The notes beneath the pieces were generated by a model that saw nothing but the letters and a program-made list of their open reading frames with translations, was not told the DNA's origin and did no database searches. A stretch of 64,000 nt of DNA, from contig NC_092670.1 of NCBI RefSeq assembly GCF_964355755.1, forward strand, positions 7,616,201 through 7,680,200, in the 5' to 3' direction. The DNA comes from Antedon mediterranea (lineage: Eukaryota; Animalia; Echinodermata). The position numbers and the translations under genes are program-made. This document shows, one piece after another, positions 1 through 17,311 of this stretch (its first letter is position 1; every line of letters begins with the position of its first letter).

Positions 1-66
1 CGTAAGTTTGGTGGTATTATTCATGATTTATCAAACACTTTATTATTATGTATATTATGTATTTAG

Positions 67-4401
<4,335 letters not shown>

Positions 4402-7400
4402 ATGGAATTGGATGGTTACTTTAATTAATGTGTTTCTGCTGAAAATTTAACTGGTTTTAGTTAAAGACCATGTTGCAGATTATTTTTTACTAAAAATAAA
4501 CCAATTGTTTGTATCAGTTGTCTGTGGTTGGTTGTGTAAAGACATCATTATTATCCATAGAGACACATCCACATCAACCATGGAAACTGTTTTTTTACAA
4601 TTCAAAACAATCAGTTTGGTTTTTAAAACCATTGTTTTTATTACTAGGGCTATTTCTCCCAGACAAAAAAAGCTAGCAAAAACAGTCCTTACACTCCATA
4701 TGAACTTATTTATGACATTAATTTTTACCATTTTTTGGTGATCAGTTAGGGGAAAGTTGGCCAACAGACGAGAGGAATGGAGAAACCTGGTACAAAGAGT
4801 AAGCAAGGCAGCCCAGGCGGAGAAATCAGAAGATTACTCGGCGAAGAGGCACTAAATAAATAAATAATAGTTAGGGGAAAAATGGCAAAATCAGCACTGA
4901 TCATTAAGGTATTATAGGAATTTTGGAGTTGTCTAAACAATGGAGACTATCTTGCATCTTGGGACCTCTAAAGGTTGGGTATTCATATTATCACATTGAA
5001 CATTCCTATATTATACAAATGATTACAATGACTAAAGAATTTTTCAGCTGAAAAAATAACCACATAAACACCTAGAAAGTAGGAAGCCTTTTGCCATTTT
5101 TCTCGGACTTTCATGATTTTGGATATCTCTTTGCAATATCTAATTTTTATGAGAAGGTTTAGCTCTATTTAAACTCATTCCTGAGATTATTATTTAAACT
5201 TTTTCCGTCAATTTAATTATCATTCCAATACCTTAATCCTTACGCAGAATAACTTTGATAGATTATAGATGGTGTGTTAAATTAGGTGGTGTTTCTAAGA
5301 GTTAGCAGTAGAATAATATTGCAAATATACATATTTTATTTTAAAATAAAGTTATTAATATTTTATAAAATTGTATATATATGATATATATTTATAATAT
5401 AAACTAACCGAAGGTTTGTACATTTTTATCGTATTTTTATATATAGTTTTTATTAATTTGGGTTTTAATTAACTGAAAAACTTAAGTTTTATTTATAAAA
5501 TCATACCAGTTATTTTTATCTTTAGAAAGTATGAACATTATAGCACAACTTACTAAAGTTATTTTCAAAACTTAAGCAAAACTGTGGACTTAAAAGAAGC
5601 TTTAAGATGATTTTTTAAATAAATCTAATTCAATGTGAATACATGTTATTGAATTTCATTTGTTCATAGCAAAAATGTATAACTTACATCGCCAAAGCAT
5701 AAAGAAAGGAACTGCTGACATGGAAAAGTCCGGTTACGTTTACGTTCGTGCTACCATAAAAATAATTTATTTATACTTTGCAATAGGCCTAGCTGCAATA
5801 CAGCAGATTTATCCTCTTTTTACTTTCACGATTGCTGCTTTTTGACTTGTGACATAGGAAATAGTAATGTGACATTACCATTTCCTATGGACATAATTTA
5901 TTTTAAAAGAAGATTGATTAGAAGTTCTAATTATCAAAATACTCAATCGTAACCATTTGAATGAAACTCATCTGCATTATATTATCAACATTAACTTTAT
6001 TCAAACAATTACAAAAATGTAATGCATATAAACGTGTGCAAAAACTATATTGTTTACATTGATTGACACCACGAAATTTAACGACTTTAAATGCGTCAAC
6101 TTTGTGTTTCATCCATGTTTCACTAAGAAAAAAACAATTTATATTTTCTTTAAATCATAACGTCTTTCCTCATGCCTTTTATTATAAATCCATTTCAAAC
6201 CTTTCAAATATATTAATATTTATATTTTTTATTTCTTTATTTTTTTTTTACAAATTGTGACCCTTTATGTATATCAGAATAAATAATAAATATAGGCGAA
6301 AGCTACATTCGGCAGGGGGTGCCGTTCAATTCCTTTTATGATTTTTTCTTGTAGCTTCACGTAACGTATGCATGTCTCCTGTTGCAATCAATTGAGCAAT
6401 AATAATTGTCTTGCCCATAAACTCACTTTAAAGTTACATTTTCAGAATGTTCATCTTAACAATAGACCCCACCTATTAATTTAAACAGTATAGGGGTTTT
6501 TTGTGTGTTTTTTTTTCCAAAAATGATTTTCGATTCCTTCCACTGACAACCTAATTGAATTGTTACTTACATTTGTTTTTTGTTCTTTTTTCAAAGATTT
6601 TGAATAAGTTTAACCTTGAAGTAAATGTAGGGCAAACCGTAGCATTGGTTGGTTGCAGTGGGTGTGGTAAAAGTACAACAGTACAGATGATTCAAAGGTT
6701 TTATGACCCAAGCCAAGGTATGGTAAGTGGACCTATTGATAACTACTATAACAAGGCACTTAAGCCCGTTTTACACTAGGTAAATAGAAAACGTTAGTTT
6801 ATGCATATGTATATGCAAAATTCTGTCATATTTTATTCCGCGACAAATTCTAGTTCCTTGAGTATCGCTTTAGCGAAATTAGTATTTTCTATAGCATTTT
6901 TTTTTTACTTTTTGTGCAGCCAAAAAATTTCCCATCCAATCAGACCTGATGAAATGAGTTGTCATATGAATCAAAAGGCTCAGCGATATGTATAATAATA
7001 TATATATAATATTGCAGCTATTTGCTTGTAGTGGAAAGGGTAGCATGATCTTTTATAGCTCGGCAGTGAAAGTAAAAAATGTATATAGCTTGATCTTTTT
7101 TGGAGACAGTACATCTTTAACACAGTAAAATATGTATTTTTTATTTATTAATTTTTGCAGGTAAAGTTAGATGGTACCGACATTCGAGAGTTGAATGTTA
7201 AATGGTTGCGAGAGAGAATTGGAGTAGTTAGTCAAGAACCTGTGCTTTTTGCTACTTCAATTGCAGAGAACATTCGTTATGGGCGTCTTGACGTTACTGC
7301 GGATGAGATTGAAATTGCTGCAATAGAGGCTAACGCACATGAGTTTATATGCTCTCTACCAGATGTAAGGTTTGGTTTAGGGTTTTATTATGGTAAAAAA

Positions 7401-9257
7401 AAACATTTTTACAAAACCTAAAATTAAATGTAAAATGCCTTTTTACCATTTAGTATTGCATTGCTGTTAAACACTGCTCCACATAAATCAGCAGTTTAAA
7501 AATGGTTTTTCAATTTTATGTAAATATATATTTGGGGCAACTTTTTTCTTATTCTCATAGATTGCCTTATTTTTATCATTTCAAATTAATTAATTAAATT
7601 TCAGTATATCACCGGGCGGTTTAGAATTAATGTTCTATGCCTGATGTGTTTATTGCGTTTTTTCAAACACACATTCTTTATTTTCCCATAAAAGAAATAC
7701 ATATAAAAGAGATTACATTTGTATGAAATTAAGGATCTACATCTATTGGCAAAAAAAAATATTGTTTAAAAAATACACTTTTTTTCTGCCAGTAAAAAAA
7801 AATGCCATAAATATACTATATTCACACTTTTTTGCCTGAATTTTTAGGGTTACAATACATTAGTGGGAGAAAGAGGAGCTTAATTGTCAGGTGGTCAAAA
7901 ACAGCGAATAGCAATAGCTCGTGCCTTAGTCCGCAACCCTAAAATCAGCTCTTGATACGGAAAGTGAAAGTATTGTACAAGCAGCTTTTGATAAGGTTAG
8001 TATATTAAGTAACTAGCTACCCAGGGCGGGTATCAACATTAGTTTAAAGCCTTCTCAGTACACAACACCTGACCCTGACGCCAGTACAGGTATCTCCCTA
8101 TACTCACCAACTTCTACCCTTTTCAATAACATCCCATACTTTTTTTTAAAACAAATTCTTCCCAGGGCAGATTTCAATTCAAGAGAGGCCTGGTTTAAGT
8201 ACGTTGTAAACTGTGTAAATGAACAGCTGTCATATATATTATATTGTTATTATATTGGCTTATAATTAAAATATCTAATTTTGATGCTGCAGCCCCCCCC
8301 CCCCCCCCCTTCTTTCTTCTCTCACCATCCCATCCACAATCAACAAACCTTACTCCCCTGGACAGTTAAAATGTAGTAACTTTTCCTAGTACAATTCCAA
8401 TCATTACGCCGGTATTTCCGCCCCTCCTCCCCCCAGATACTGGATGATGTGTTTAAGACAGTAAAAATTATGTTAGCCACCAAATGTAGTACAGTTTCAG
8501 TCATGGTGATAGGCCTACATCCCCACCCCAAACTCCCATCCCCTTCCCAGAGATAATTAAAATACTTTAACATTTTCCTGCCACAATCCGGGTCAATTTG
8601 ATAGTCTACTACCCCTAGCCTAAGCAAAATCCCCACTATCCCTCAACCCCAACTCCCACACCCTATTTCGGTTTATTGGTTTCTGACTCCTGAAGGGTTC
8701 TACTATATTTTTAGGCTTTGTTTTTATAGCGTTTGTAAGAAAAAGAGATTATAATGAATATGGAATTTATGTGTATGGTATTCAACCTGTAGGTACAAGC
8801 AGGGAGGACAACCATAGTAATAGCTCATCGTCTGTCCACCATACAGAAGGCAGATCTCATTTGTTCACTGAACGATGGCAATATTGTTGAGATGGGCTCC
8901 CATGAAGAATTGATGGCCATAGAGTCTGGTATATATAGAACATTGGTTGCTTTAACTATGAGAAAATCAGATGGAAAAGAAACAGAACAAGAATCATCAG
9001 AAGAAGGTAAGTGCAAAATTATCGTCTATAGAGATTGAACTACGCCCTCATCATGCCCGCAAAAAAATCCCAGCTCATAAAGCATTCCATTATCGAGCAT
9101 CAGATCTGCCAATTGGAAGCTGTTATCCATTGTTTTTCCAAGGTTGTTTCTATTTATTTTCTGTACCTATTTCAAAAATCATGTGTTGAAAACATGTCAT
9201 GTCACTACCCTTTCAATTTATATTTATTTGAGTGCGACAATCTCAAGTAAGTAAAAG

Positions 9258-9665
9258 CAGTGGCCTAATGCCCATGAGCGCTCACTGGCTAAACCCGGAG
9301 CTTGAGGGGCCCCGGAGCTTTATTATTGCGAATATAGTAAAGCAAACAAATAACAGTAAATAGCATTCAATTTAGGAAGGCTAGACATTAAAAACAAAAA
9401 CAAAGTTCATCTCCGATACTGTAGATCACATACTCCAGGTATACACTACTTGCAATCAAGTTTTTTTATGATAATAAATATCATTTATAATAAAAAAAAC
9501 TGTATTGTCACTTATTTTTTATTGTATAAGTCTAAACTTATTTGAATGCCTTTGTTTGAACCGTAAAAACGGGCATTAAAATATGTCAAAAAATCATGAA
9601 AGAGCATAAAAAAAACAGAGAGATTGGGGGCCTCTCGTGTCCCCTGGCCGAGCATTACGACACTG
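9258..9665. mobile_element. Degenerate hAT-like MITE (orthologous to 34555-34862)
   Basis: Termini CAGTGGCCTAAT...ATTACGACACTG are imperfect inverted repeats; same position and internal sequence as the cleaner element in copy C. Confidence 0.55.
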
Positions 9666-10046
9666 ATACAAGATACAAGTCTACAATTTAGTCCAGCACA
9701 AAACCGCTTCGAGAGAACACTCAAAGTACATATTTCTTTTTAATTCTAATTCTAATACAAATATTTGATTTCAAACACGACAACATCAATCAAATGTTTC
9801 TTGGTCTTTTCAAACCACCAATCCAGTTTTGTCTTTTTGTGATGTGAATTCTGAAAATACAAGACAGTATGAATGAAGTATAAAAATATACTTTTATAAT
9901 AGACTTAAATCATAGCAGGTAAGACTAGTATCTACAGTACATCTTAAAAAAGATATCATGTATGCTTCATCTATATGCAGGCACTGTTTTGCCTTAGGAG
10001 GAGGCATGTTAACTCTGTCTAACCTAATGCCTTGTAATTACCATGC

Positions 10047-13000
10047 CTAAGATGAAGATTTTAATAGTAGTAGTTGGTAAATTACAACTTGTAATATCTC
10101 GTGAAGTATCAATATTGAAGTCTGGCCTTGTTGGGTGGAGGCAAGAACTATGAGCATCATCATATTGGTCATCACTTTAGAACATATAAATAGAACCGTT
10201 TTCAGCAACATCCTTTCAACAATTCCATCTTCATTTGGCTGATCTATTATCACCTGTGTAAAAAATATAAAGGTATAAAATTTAATTTTCCACAAAGTGT
10301 ATCCAACTAAATGTAGTTTTTAGAACATAATAGGTGCACTATATGGAGACAGACATTGTATCTTTGATCTATTATGCTGTTGCATTCAATTATCTATCGT
10401 TTGACTAACATCTTCATTTTTTAATTGTTAATGAATGAAGTCCAGTTGCAATCGGTAGATAACTCTCCAGATTCTAAAAAGTTAAAAATGTAAGATATAC
10501 TGTATCCCAAGCTCGCCTAAAGTATGAAGAAACATGTATCCTCATGCAATCTTTCCATTGTAGTCCTATTTTTTAATAGAATTTAAAATTTTAATTTAAA
10601 CTTTGCAAAGAAATTTGGCCTACCCATGCATGTCTCTCCTGCAAACTGTAGACACCTTTTTTCAAGAGATTTAATATCAACTGTTGAAGTAGATGATCAA
10701 CTATTTCAGATATATATTTTGGGAATGGAAAAAAAGTGTATATGATAATATTTGAGATACAGCTAGCAACGACGTCCAGCAACGGTTGTACTAAGATTCT
10801 GAAAAGAAAGAAAATTAATGATTTGAAACTACCTAGAGTAATGGTACCTGGTGAATCTAGCATTGAGATTTTGTTTGGTGTTTGGTGTTTTTTGTATTAC
10901 AGTAGCTTCATGACCTTTGGCTTGAAGCTGCAAAGTATCAAGGGAGTTTTTTTGATGTGTTATTCCCATTGTTATATTTTTATTCTTCACATATTAAAAC
11001 CACAATCATTGTGCACATGATAAAGGGACCATAGTATAAAAAAAGCATGTTTACCTTCGAGGCGCAACTGTTTGCTCATTTGGGAATGGAAAAAAGGTGT
11101 ATATGATAATATTTGGAATACAGCTAGCAAAGACATCCAATAAAAGTTTTACTATGATTCTGAAAAGAAAGAAAATTAATAATTTGAAACTACCTACAGA
11201 AATGGTACCTGGTGAATCTAGCATTATAGATTTTTTTTGGTGTTTGGTGTTTTTTGTATTGCAGTAGCTTCATGACCTTTGGCTTGAAGCTGCAAAGTAT
11301 CAAGGGAGTTTTTTTGATGTGTTATTCCCATTGTTATATTTTTATTCTTCACATATTAAAACCACAATCATTGTGCACATGATAAAGGGACCATAGTATA
11401 AAAAAGCATGTTTACCTTCGAGGCGCAACTGTTTGCTCATTTGGGAATGGAAAAAAGGTGTATATGATAATATTTGGAATACAGCTAGCAAAGACATCCA
11501 ATAAAAGTTTTACTATGATTCTGAAAAGAAAGAAAATTAATAATTTGAAACTACCTACAGAAATGGTACCTGGTGAATCTAGCATTATAGATTTTTGTTG
11601 GTGTTTGGTGTTTTTTGTATTACAGTATAGCTTCATGACCTTTGGCTTGAAGCTCCAAAGTATCAAGGGAGTTTTTTTGATGTGTTATTCCCATTGTTAT
11701 ATTTTTATTCTTCACATATTAAAACCACAATCATTGTGCACATGAAAAAGGACCATAGTATAAAAAAGCATGTTTACCTTAACCTGTGAGGAGCAACCCT
11801 TTGCTCATTTGGTTGATCATGAATCGCCTGTGTGTGGAGATTTACAAATGTTAATCACAGAAGCCATCACATAGGCTACTATCTAGCATACGAGTGAGAC
11901 AAAATTGTAGGCAAAGATTTTTTGGTTTTAATAAATGTACTGTATATGTTGTCCTGATCACATACAACGAATCAACCCTCCGTCATCCACTACCTTCATA
12001 TGCAAATGAGCATAAATATGCAAATTAGCTATAAATGTTTGGGAAATTTAGCTTCTATATAATTGTATACCCTTTATATTGTTTTTATGAACCACGAACA
12101 ATATTAACAGATCACTAATGACCTTGTGTATATTATTTCATTTGAAAATGACATCAATGACTGACTGAAATGTATAATATGAGTAAGTAAGAGATACAGA
12201 CTCAGTGTAGTGACAATAATTCGCTGTTGGATTGCAATAAAATAAATAAACATAGTACAGTATACTATGCATACTGTAAAACCTCGAAAAGAAGCCCATC
12301 TCGAGAAGTTTCCAAGAGTAGTATGCGCTTCTTTTCGAGATATCAAAGAAACAAGGTGATTTGATCCCAGATAAACTTGTGATGCAGATATAATGAATGA
12401 TCGATCATACATTTATTTTACAGTTTAAAATGGTATTTTGATCACAAATATGTAAAATTGGCAGTTAATAATAATTTACAGCATTTTTTTTTTCGAAAAG
12501 AAGCCCCCTTTTTTTGGTTTGCAAAAGTAATCTCGAAAAGAGGCCCATCTTGAAAAGAAGCCACCCAAGAATACTAAAAAAGGAAGCCTATGGGAGAGGT
12601 CAACAACAAGATCAAGAAGGCCACAAAAAACACCAAGGATGAGTGGATCGAACAACAATGTAGTGATATGGAGGAGAATATCCAGAATAACAACACAAAG
12701 ACAAAAAGTCAAGGATTTCACAGCGACCAAACAAGTGCGGGTCAACACCATACAAGACAAAATGGGAAATGTCTCACAGAGGAACATGAAATCATGAAAT
12801 GCTGGACTGAGTACTGCTCTTAGCTGTACAACCATAACACCAGAAAAGATCCTGAGGTACTGAATTGTCGTCCTACAGAGGAGGACAACTATCTTTTTCT
12901 TTGAGAAGAAGTGGAGGCAGCAATTAAATATCTCAAGAAAGGAAAGTCAGCTGAGCTCAACTACATTTCAGGGGAATTCATCCAAGCTGGAGGCGATCGA

Positions 13001-16000
13001 TGTACTCACAAAGATCTGCAACAAGATCTGGCAGACAGGAGAATTGCCAACCAAGAAAGGCAACCTGCAAATGTGCCAGAACTACTGCACAATCAGCCTT
13101 ATCAGCCATCCCAGCAAGATTATGCTGAAAATATTGCTAAACAGGTTGAAAATCATTGCCGAAGAGCAGGCAGGATTCAGACCAGGTAGAAGCACCACTG
13201 AACAGATCTTTAATCTGAGAATCGTGTGTGAGAAACATCTACAATAGACAGGTTCCATGATTTCTCAAAAAACGGCCTAGAAAACGAATCAAGAAGCATT
13301 TTTGGGTAGAAGCTGGGATCCACTTGATTTAGGATATTTCGACCTCGCTGATTACGAATATGGCGGATCCCAAGCGAAATTCGGCCATCATAAGCCCTTA
13401 ATTTGCATAATTAAAAATGGCGGCCATTTTTTATAATTACCCTATATCTTGAGAACCACTAGTCACAGATAATTAATTTTGGTCTCAAATTGTTTTAAAT
13501 ATATGTTTTTATATTCACTTTAATGACACATTTTCTCAAAAAATGGATGCAAGTCTTATTTCTGACATTTTGACCTTTGACCTTGATTTATCGTGTCTCA
13601 GTAACCAATAATCGAAGAGACACGAAATAGGGTTCAAATTGTTCAGAAACTATACATTCATATTTATTATAATGAAATGTTTTTACAAAAACTGGCCGAT
13701 TCTATAACTATTGACCTTTGAACTATTAGTCAAATATAATAATATAATAATAATATATTAGTAAAAGGTTCATCTGGATCAGTGTATAGTATATTAAATA
13801 TACTATAATATAACTTTGAAAATTGTGGTCTTATGATTTTTTTTTCTTTTTAATTTGTTTAAAACATGTGTGTTTCTATCCAGTCTAATGGCACATTTTG
13901 TACAAGAATGGCCGATAGTATGGTTATTGACCTTGAAACTACAGCATAGGCCTACTGTATACTAAATATAATATAATTGCATAACTATGAAATTATTTAT
14001 ACACAATAATAATTAGTAAAATTATAAAATTCACTGATGTATTATGATTTATATAGATTAAAAAAAAAAAAATTGAACACGCAGGTTACATTTGTTGAAA
14101 TTTGAAATTTGAAATTACCTGCCATCAATATGATGGAGTATGATTATAGATTTTTTTAAATGTGAACATGTCAGCTACATTTGGAAATTACCTGCCATCA
14201 ATATGATGGATTATGATTATAGATTTAAAAAAGAATTTGAACACGTAAGCTACATTTGAAAATTATCTGCCATCAATATGATGGATTATGATTATAGATT
14301 TAAAAAGAATTGTAACACGTCAGCTACATTTGGAAATTTGGAAATTACCTGCCATCAATATGATGGATTATGATTGTATAGATTTAAAAGAAAATGTGAA
14401 CACGTAAGCTACATTTGAAAATTACCTGCCACCAATATGATGGATTATGATTATAGATTTAAAACAAATTTGAACACGTCAGCTACATTTGGAAATTTTG
14501 AAATTACCTGCCATCAATATGATGGATTATGATTGTATAGGTTTGAAAGAAAATGTGAACACGTAAGCTAAATTTGGAATGAACATGTTAAGGGCATCAG
14601 TTTTGATCATTCATGCAAAGGTTTCCGTCATCTTTAGCGTTGTTACAGCGGCATATAAAGCTGTACATGGTAGTTTTGACTTCTTGCACCTACATCTATT
14701 GGTTATGCATCGTGTCTTGCGTCCACAATAAATCATCTCTAACGAAGGAGTAGGAATAGCTTCATTTTTCAGAAGCACTGGTTGAAGTTTACCATTAGAT
14801 AGCTCCCAACCAAGATCTGTTGGTGATGGCAAATTCTGGATTGGCGATACAGCTTTTTTCCATACGAGTGCTTGGGTGAGAGAATGGGTGCAAAGAAGAA
14901 CAATTTTTAAATATATTCTTTATCCATTTAGTAACGAAATATTAATTGTTTTCATGTTTTACAAATAATATACCACTATACACAGTAAAACATTGCGATT
15001 TAATACTTTGTTGAAACTATCACCGTCGATTGAAATAGTATAGTACAGGTACATGTAACGATACATCACTACGACGTGTATATGTTTATATAATTTAAAA
15101 CAATTTGTGAAAACCACCTCTATTCGGGCAAAATCATAAATTCGATTTAATGGTCAATAAATATTAAAGTATCTAACTCAACTTAATTAGTAGGCATAAT
15201 GGTTTTCAATTGTTTCTTAGAGCCAATTCATACTTAAGTTGGTTCCTACCCTACCCTCCAAAGTTGTTCTGCGTTTAGTTAGGGCATGTGATGTAAAAAC
15301 ATAGATAAACTCACATTATTTTTGCCCGTTGAGTAAATGTATAGTTTTTCTTTACAACAAACAAACTTGACGGGTTGTTTGTTGGTATATATTTACTCCA
15401 TTGTGTTGGTTCAGAGAATGTTTTTCTTACGCACCTGCCTTTCTTGTATTTTGACTCCAAATTTGTTGACTAACTTTATCCTGAATACCACACTTTAAAA
15501 TTAGGATTTATAAGTACTTTCAGAAGGAGAAACACATAAAAACAAATAAATAAATCATTTAAATTGATGATTTTTAACAGACATGTTTCTTTGTATACTC
15601 ATAGAGATAACTCCTCGAGCTCCCCCCATGCTCAATGTTTTTGTTTCTATGAAGCGCCAAAAGAGCAACATATAGTACAAGTATAAAAACAGAAAGAAAA
15701 CGAAACCAAAAAACTTATTATCATGATTTTTAAATTAAAATTTATTTGCCAGTATTTCTTTCTTCGTACTTGCATGATATACTATTATTATTACAATTTT
15801 AATTTTACATTGTTCCATCCACACTGTAGATGGACTCCACAGAGTTTTCAGCCCTCTATATAATTTTTGCTCTTTTGACGTTCCATAGAAACAAAAACAT
15901 TGAACAGAGGGGTAGACCTACTGTACTCTGTAGGCTAGTCGCAAATCGAAATTCGCAAACAGTTTGTGTGCGAGAAAAACGTCTGTAAAATCATCAATTT

Positions 16001-17311
16001 AAAATTGTATTTGTTACTTTTTATGTGATTCTTTTTCATAAAAGTGCCAATTCTAAGGTGTGGTATTCAGAATAAATGTTGGAAGTTAAAATACAAGGCA
16101 GGTGCGAAAGATAAATATTTGTAATCTTAGGTCTTGGGTCTTAGCTTTCGTGATCTTAGGTCTTAGGGGGTCTTAGCGTTCGTGGTCTTAGGTTTCGTGA
16201 CACCCTGTCCAGAATAGCACAAACAACAGCAGCACTGGCAAAATTAAAAGCATAGGGTTTGCCACAAAAATTGTAATAAATGGATTATTAGTTTAGGAGA
16301 TACCGTGAAAATATAGGTTTTATAGCTAATTTGCATATTTATGCTCATTTGCATATGAAGCCGGTTGATGACGGAGGGTTGATTTGTTTTATGTGGTCAA
16401 GACAAAACATATACATTCATTAAAACCGAAAAATCTTTGCCTACAATTTTGTTCCAGTTCACCATATTTTTTAGCTAGATACAGTAGCCTACACAGTGCT
16501 TATATTAATTTAAATGTATTATGCATACCTATTCAAAAGCCAAGTCAAAGTGAAAAGTACCTATCTATTAAAGACGCTTTCCCTGTAATTGTTGACCTTT
16601 TGTAAAAATAATACTTTAAAAACATTTAAAACATTAAACCTGGTCAAAAACAATGTGCCTAAATGTAGTTTGCGTCTATATGCGCACCTAAACATAGGCT
16701 AGTTTGTAGGCTCGAAGAACAGCGGGAACAAAAGAAAATTGTATGCTAGTTCAGTTCTTCCATTTTTTTTTGTTCATGATCGCACCAAAAGTGGTTGCAG
16801 AAGCAAAATGAAAATATCCAGTATTTAGACTTATTTTTCAAATTTGTTACCGTTTATGAGAAAAAGAATTGCAATTATAAGCCAATGTATTGTTTATTTT
16901 TACAAAAAAACAAGTAACTTACAGGATGTTGTCGTGTTTCATTTGGTAAGTGGGCTGGTTCACCTGATGACAAGATAAGACAAAAGACATTCGTAAAAGA
17001 CATTAATGATGAAAGACTCTAAAAAAACATTTCCAGTATAACCTCAGAATAAATTGTATGTAAGCTGGAAAGATGCACACCAGTTCACTACTAATTGGGA
17101 CTAGCTAGTTACTTTTCCTTCCATTGGGACGAATGTACCAAAATGATTCAACTGGTAGTTATTTGCTCAAATGTAACTTTAAAATAGTAGGGCTAAAAAA
17201 AGAAACCAGAACACCGTGGTAATCACCTATTCTTCCGAATGGATGGTATGATTTAGTATATAGAATTTAATATTATTTTACATTACAATTCATCTAACCT
17301 GATTGTTCCAT
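10047..17311 (-). CDS. Nested antisense gene of unknown family, copy B version (predicted 231 aa, hydrophobic repeat modules)
   Basis: Minus-strand GT-AG exons 17311-17299 (ATG in AAAATGG), 16963-16923, 11827-11778, 11520-11416, 11159-11055, 10798-10624, 10253-10047 total 696 nt = 231 codons + TAG with compatible phases. Protein: MEQSGEPAHLPNETRQHPAIHDQPNEQRVAPHRLR-(IIVKLLLDVFASCIPNIIIYTFFPFPNEQTVAPRR)x2-ILVQPLLDVVASC...YSLQERHAW-VIIDQPNEDGIVERMLLKTVLF...LLKSSS. A homologous open model exists in copy C. No expression evidence available. Confidence 0.72.
10718..11810. repeat. ~361-bp tandem triplication (intron + exon unit of the nested gene)
   Basis: TTGGGAATGGAAAAAA recurs at ~10719, ~11080 and ~11441 with near-identical intervening sequence; single copy in C (~38460-38790). 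Confidence 0.92.
12586..13244 (+). mobile_element. Truncated, frameshifted non-LTR retrotransposon (RTE-clade-like) RT fragment
   Basis: Translations EVEAAIKYLKKGKS, KKGNLQMCQNYCTISLISHPSKIMLKILLNRL and EEQAGFRPGRSTTEQIFNLR are typical LINE RT N-terminal motifs, split over several frames. Confidence 0.88.
13245..14880 (-). mobile_element. DNA transposon 3' remnant with Cys-rich (CXC-type) transposase tail, Academ-like
   Basis: Minus-strand QALVWKKA...LPSPTDLGW...LEMIYCGRKTRCITNRCRCKKSKLPCT (14611-14875) resembles the CXC tail of Academ-type transposases. A terminus-like TAGACAGGTTCCATG abuts the LINE fragment at 13245. Superfamily call is from memory. Confidence 0.55.
14075..14590. repeat. 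~72-82 bp minisatellite, ~6.5 copies
   Basis: AAATTACCTGCCATCAATATGATGGA recurs at ~14112, 14184, 14260, 14342, 14419 and 14501 with homologous intervening sequence. Confidence 0.92.
15428..16110. mobile_element. Old foldback MITE (imperfect ~240-bp inverted arms)
   Basis: CGCACCTGCCTT...CTGAATACCACAC...TTTAAATTGATGATTTT...CAATGTTTTTGTTTCTATG...AAAAGAGCAA (15431-15669) is mirrored at 15867-16106. Confidence 0.65.

Larger units (their letters stand above)
11872..16490. mobile_element. Foldback-type DNA element with long terminal inverted repeats, hosting nested insertions
   Basis: ~11900-12035 (CAAAATTGTAGGCAAAGATTTTT...CATATGCAAATGAGCATAAATATGCAAATTAGCTATAAA) is the reverse complement of ~16318-16452. 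An internally deleted version sits at ~38852-39270. Exact ends and TSD unclear. Confidence 0.65.

Noticed and set aside
4480-6260. Short ORFs repeated three times in the ABCB 3' flank and on the strand opposite exons or pol
   Set aside because: Their recurrence reflects the recent segmental duplication or shadow frames; no motifs or splice support.
10390-10570. Extra minus-strand exons of the nested gene (AG|GACTACAATGG..., AG|AATCTGGAGAG...)
   Set aside because: Stops occur in the required phase in both copies; treated as intronic.
14075-14590. CRISPR-like regularly spaced repeats
   Set aside because: The intervening segments are homologous to each other rather than unique spacers, the context is eukaryotic, and there are no cas genes; it is a minisatellite.
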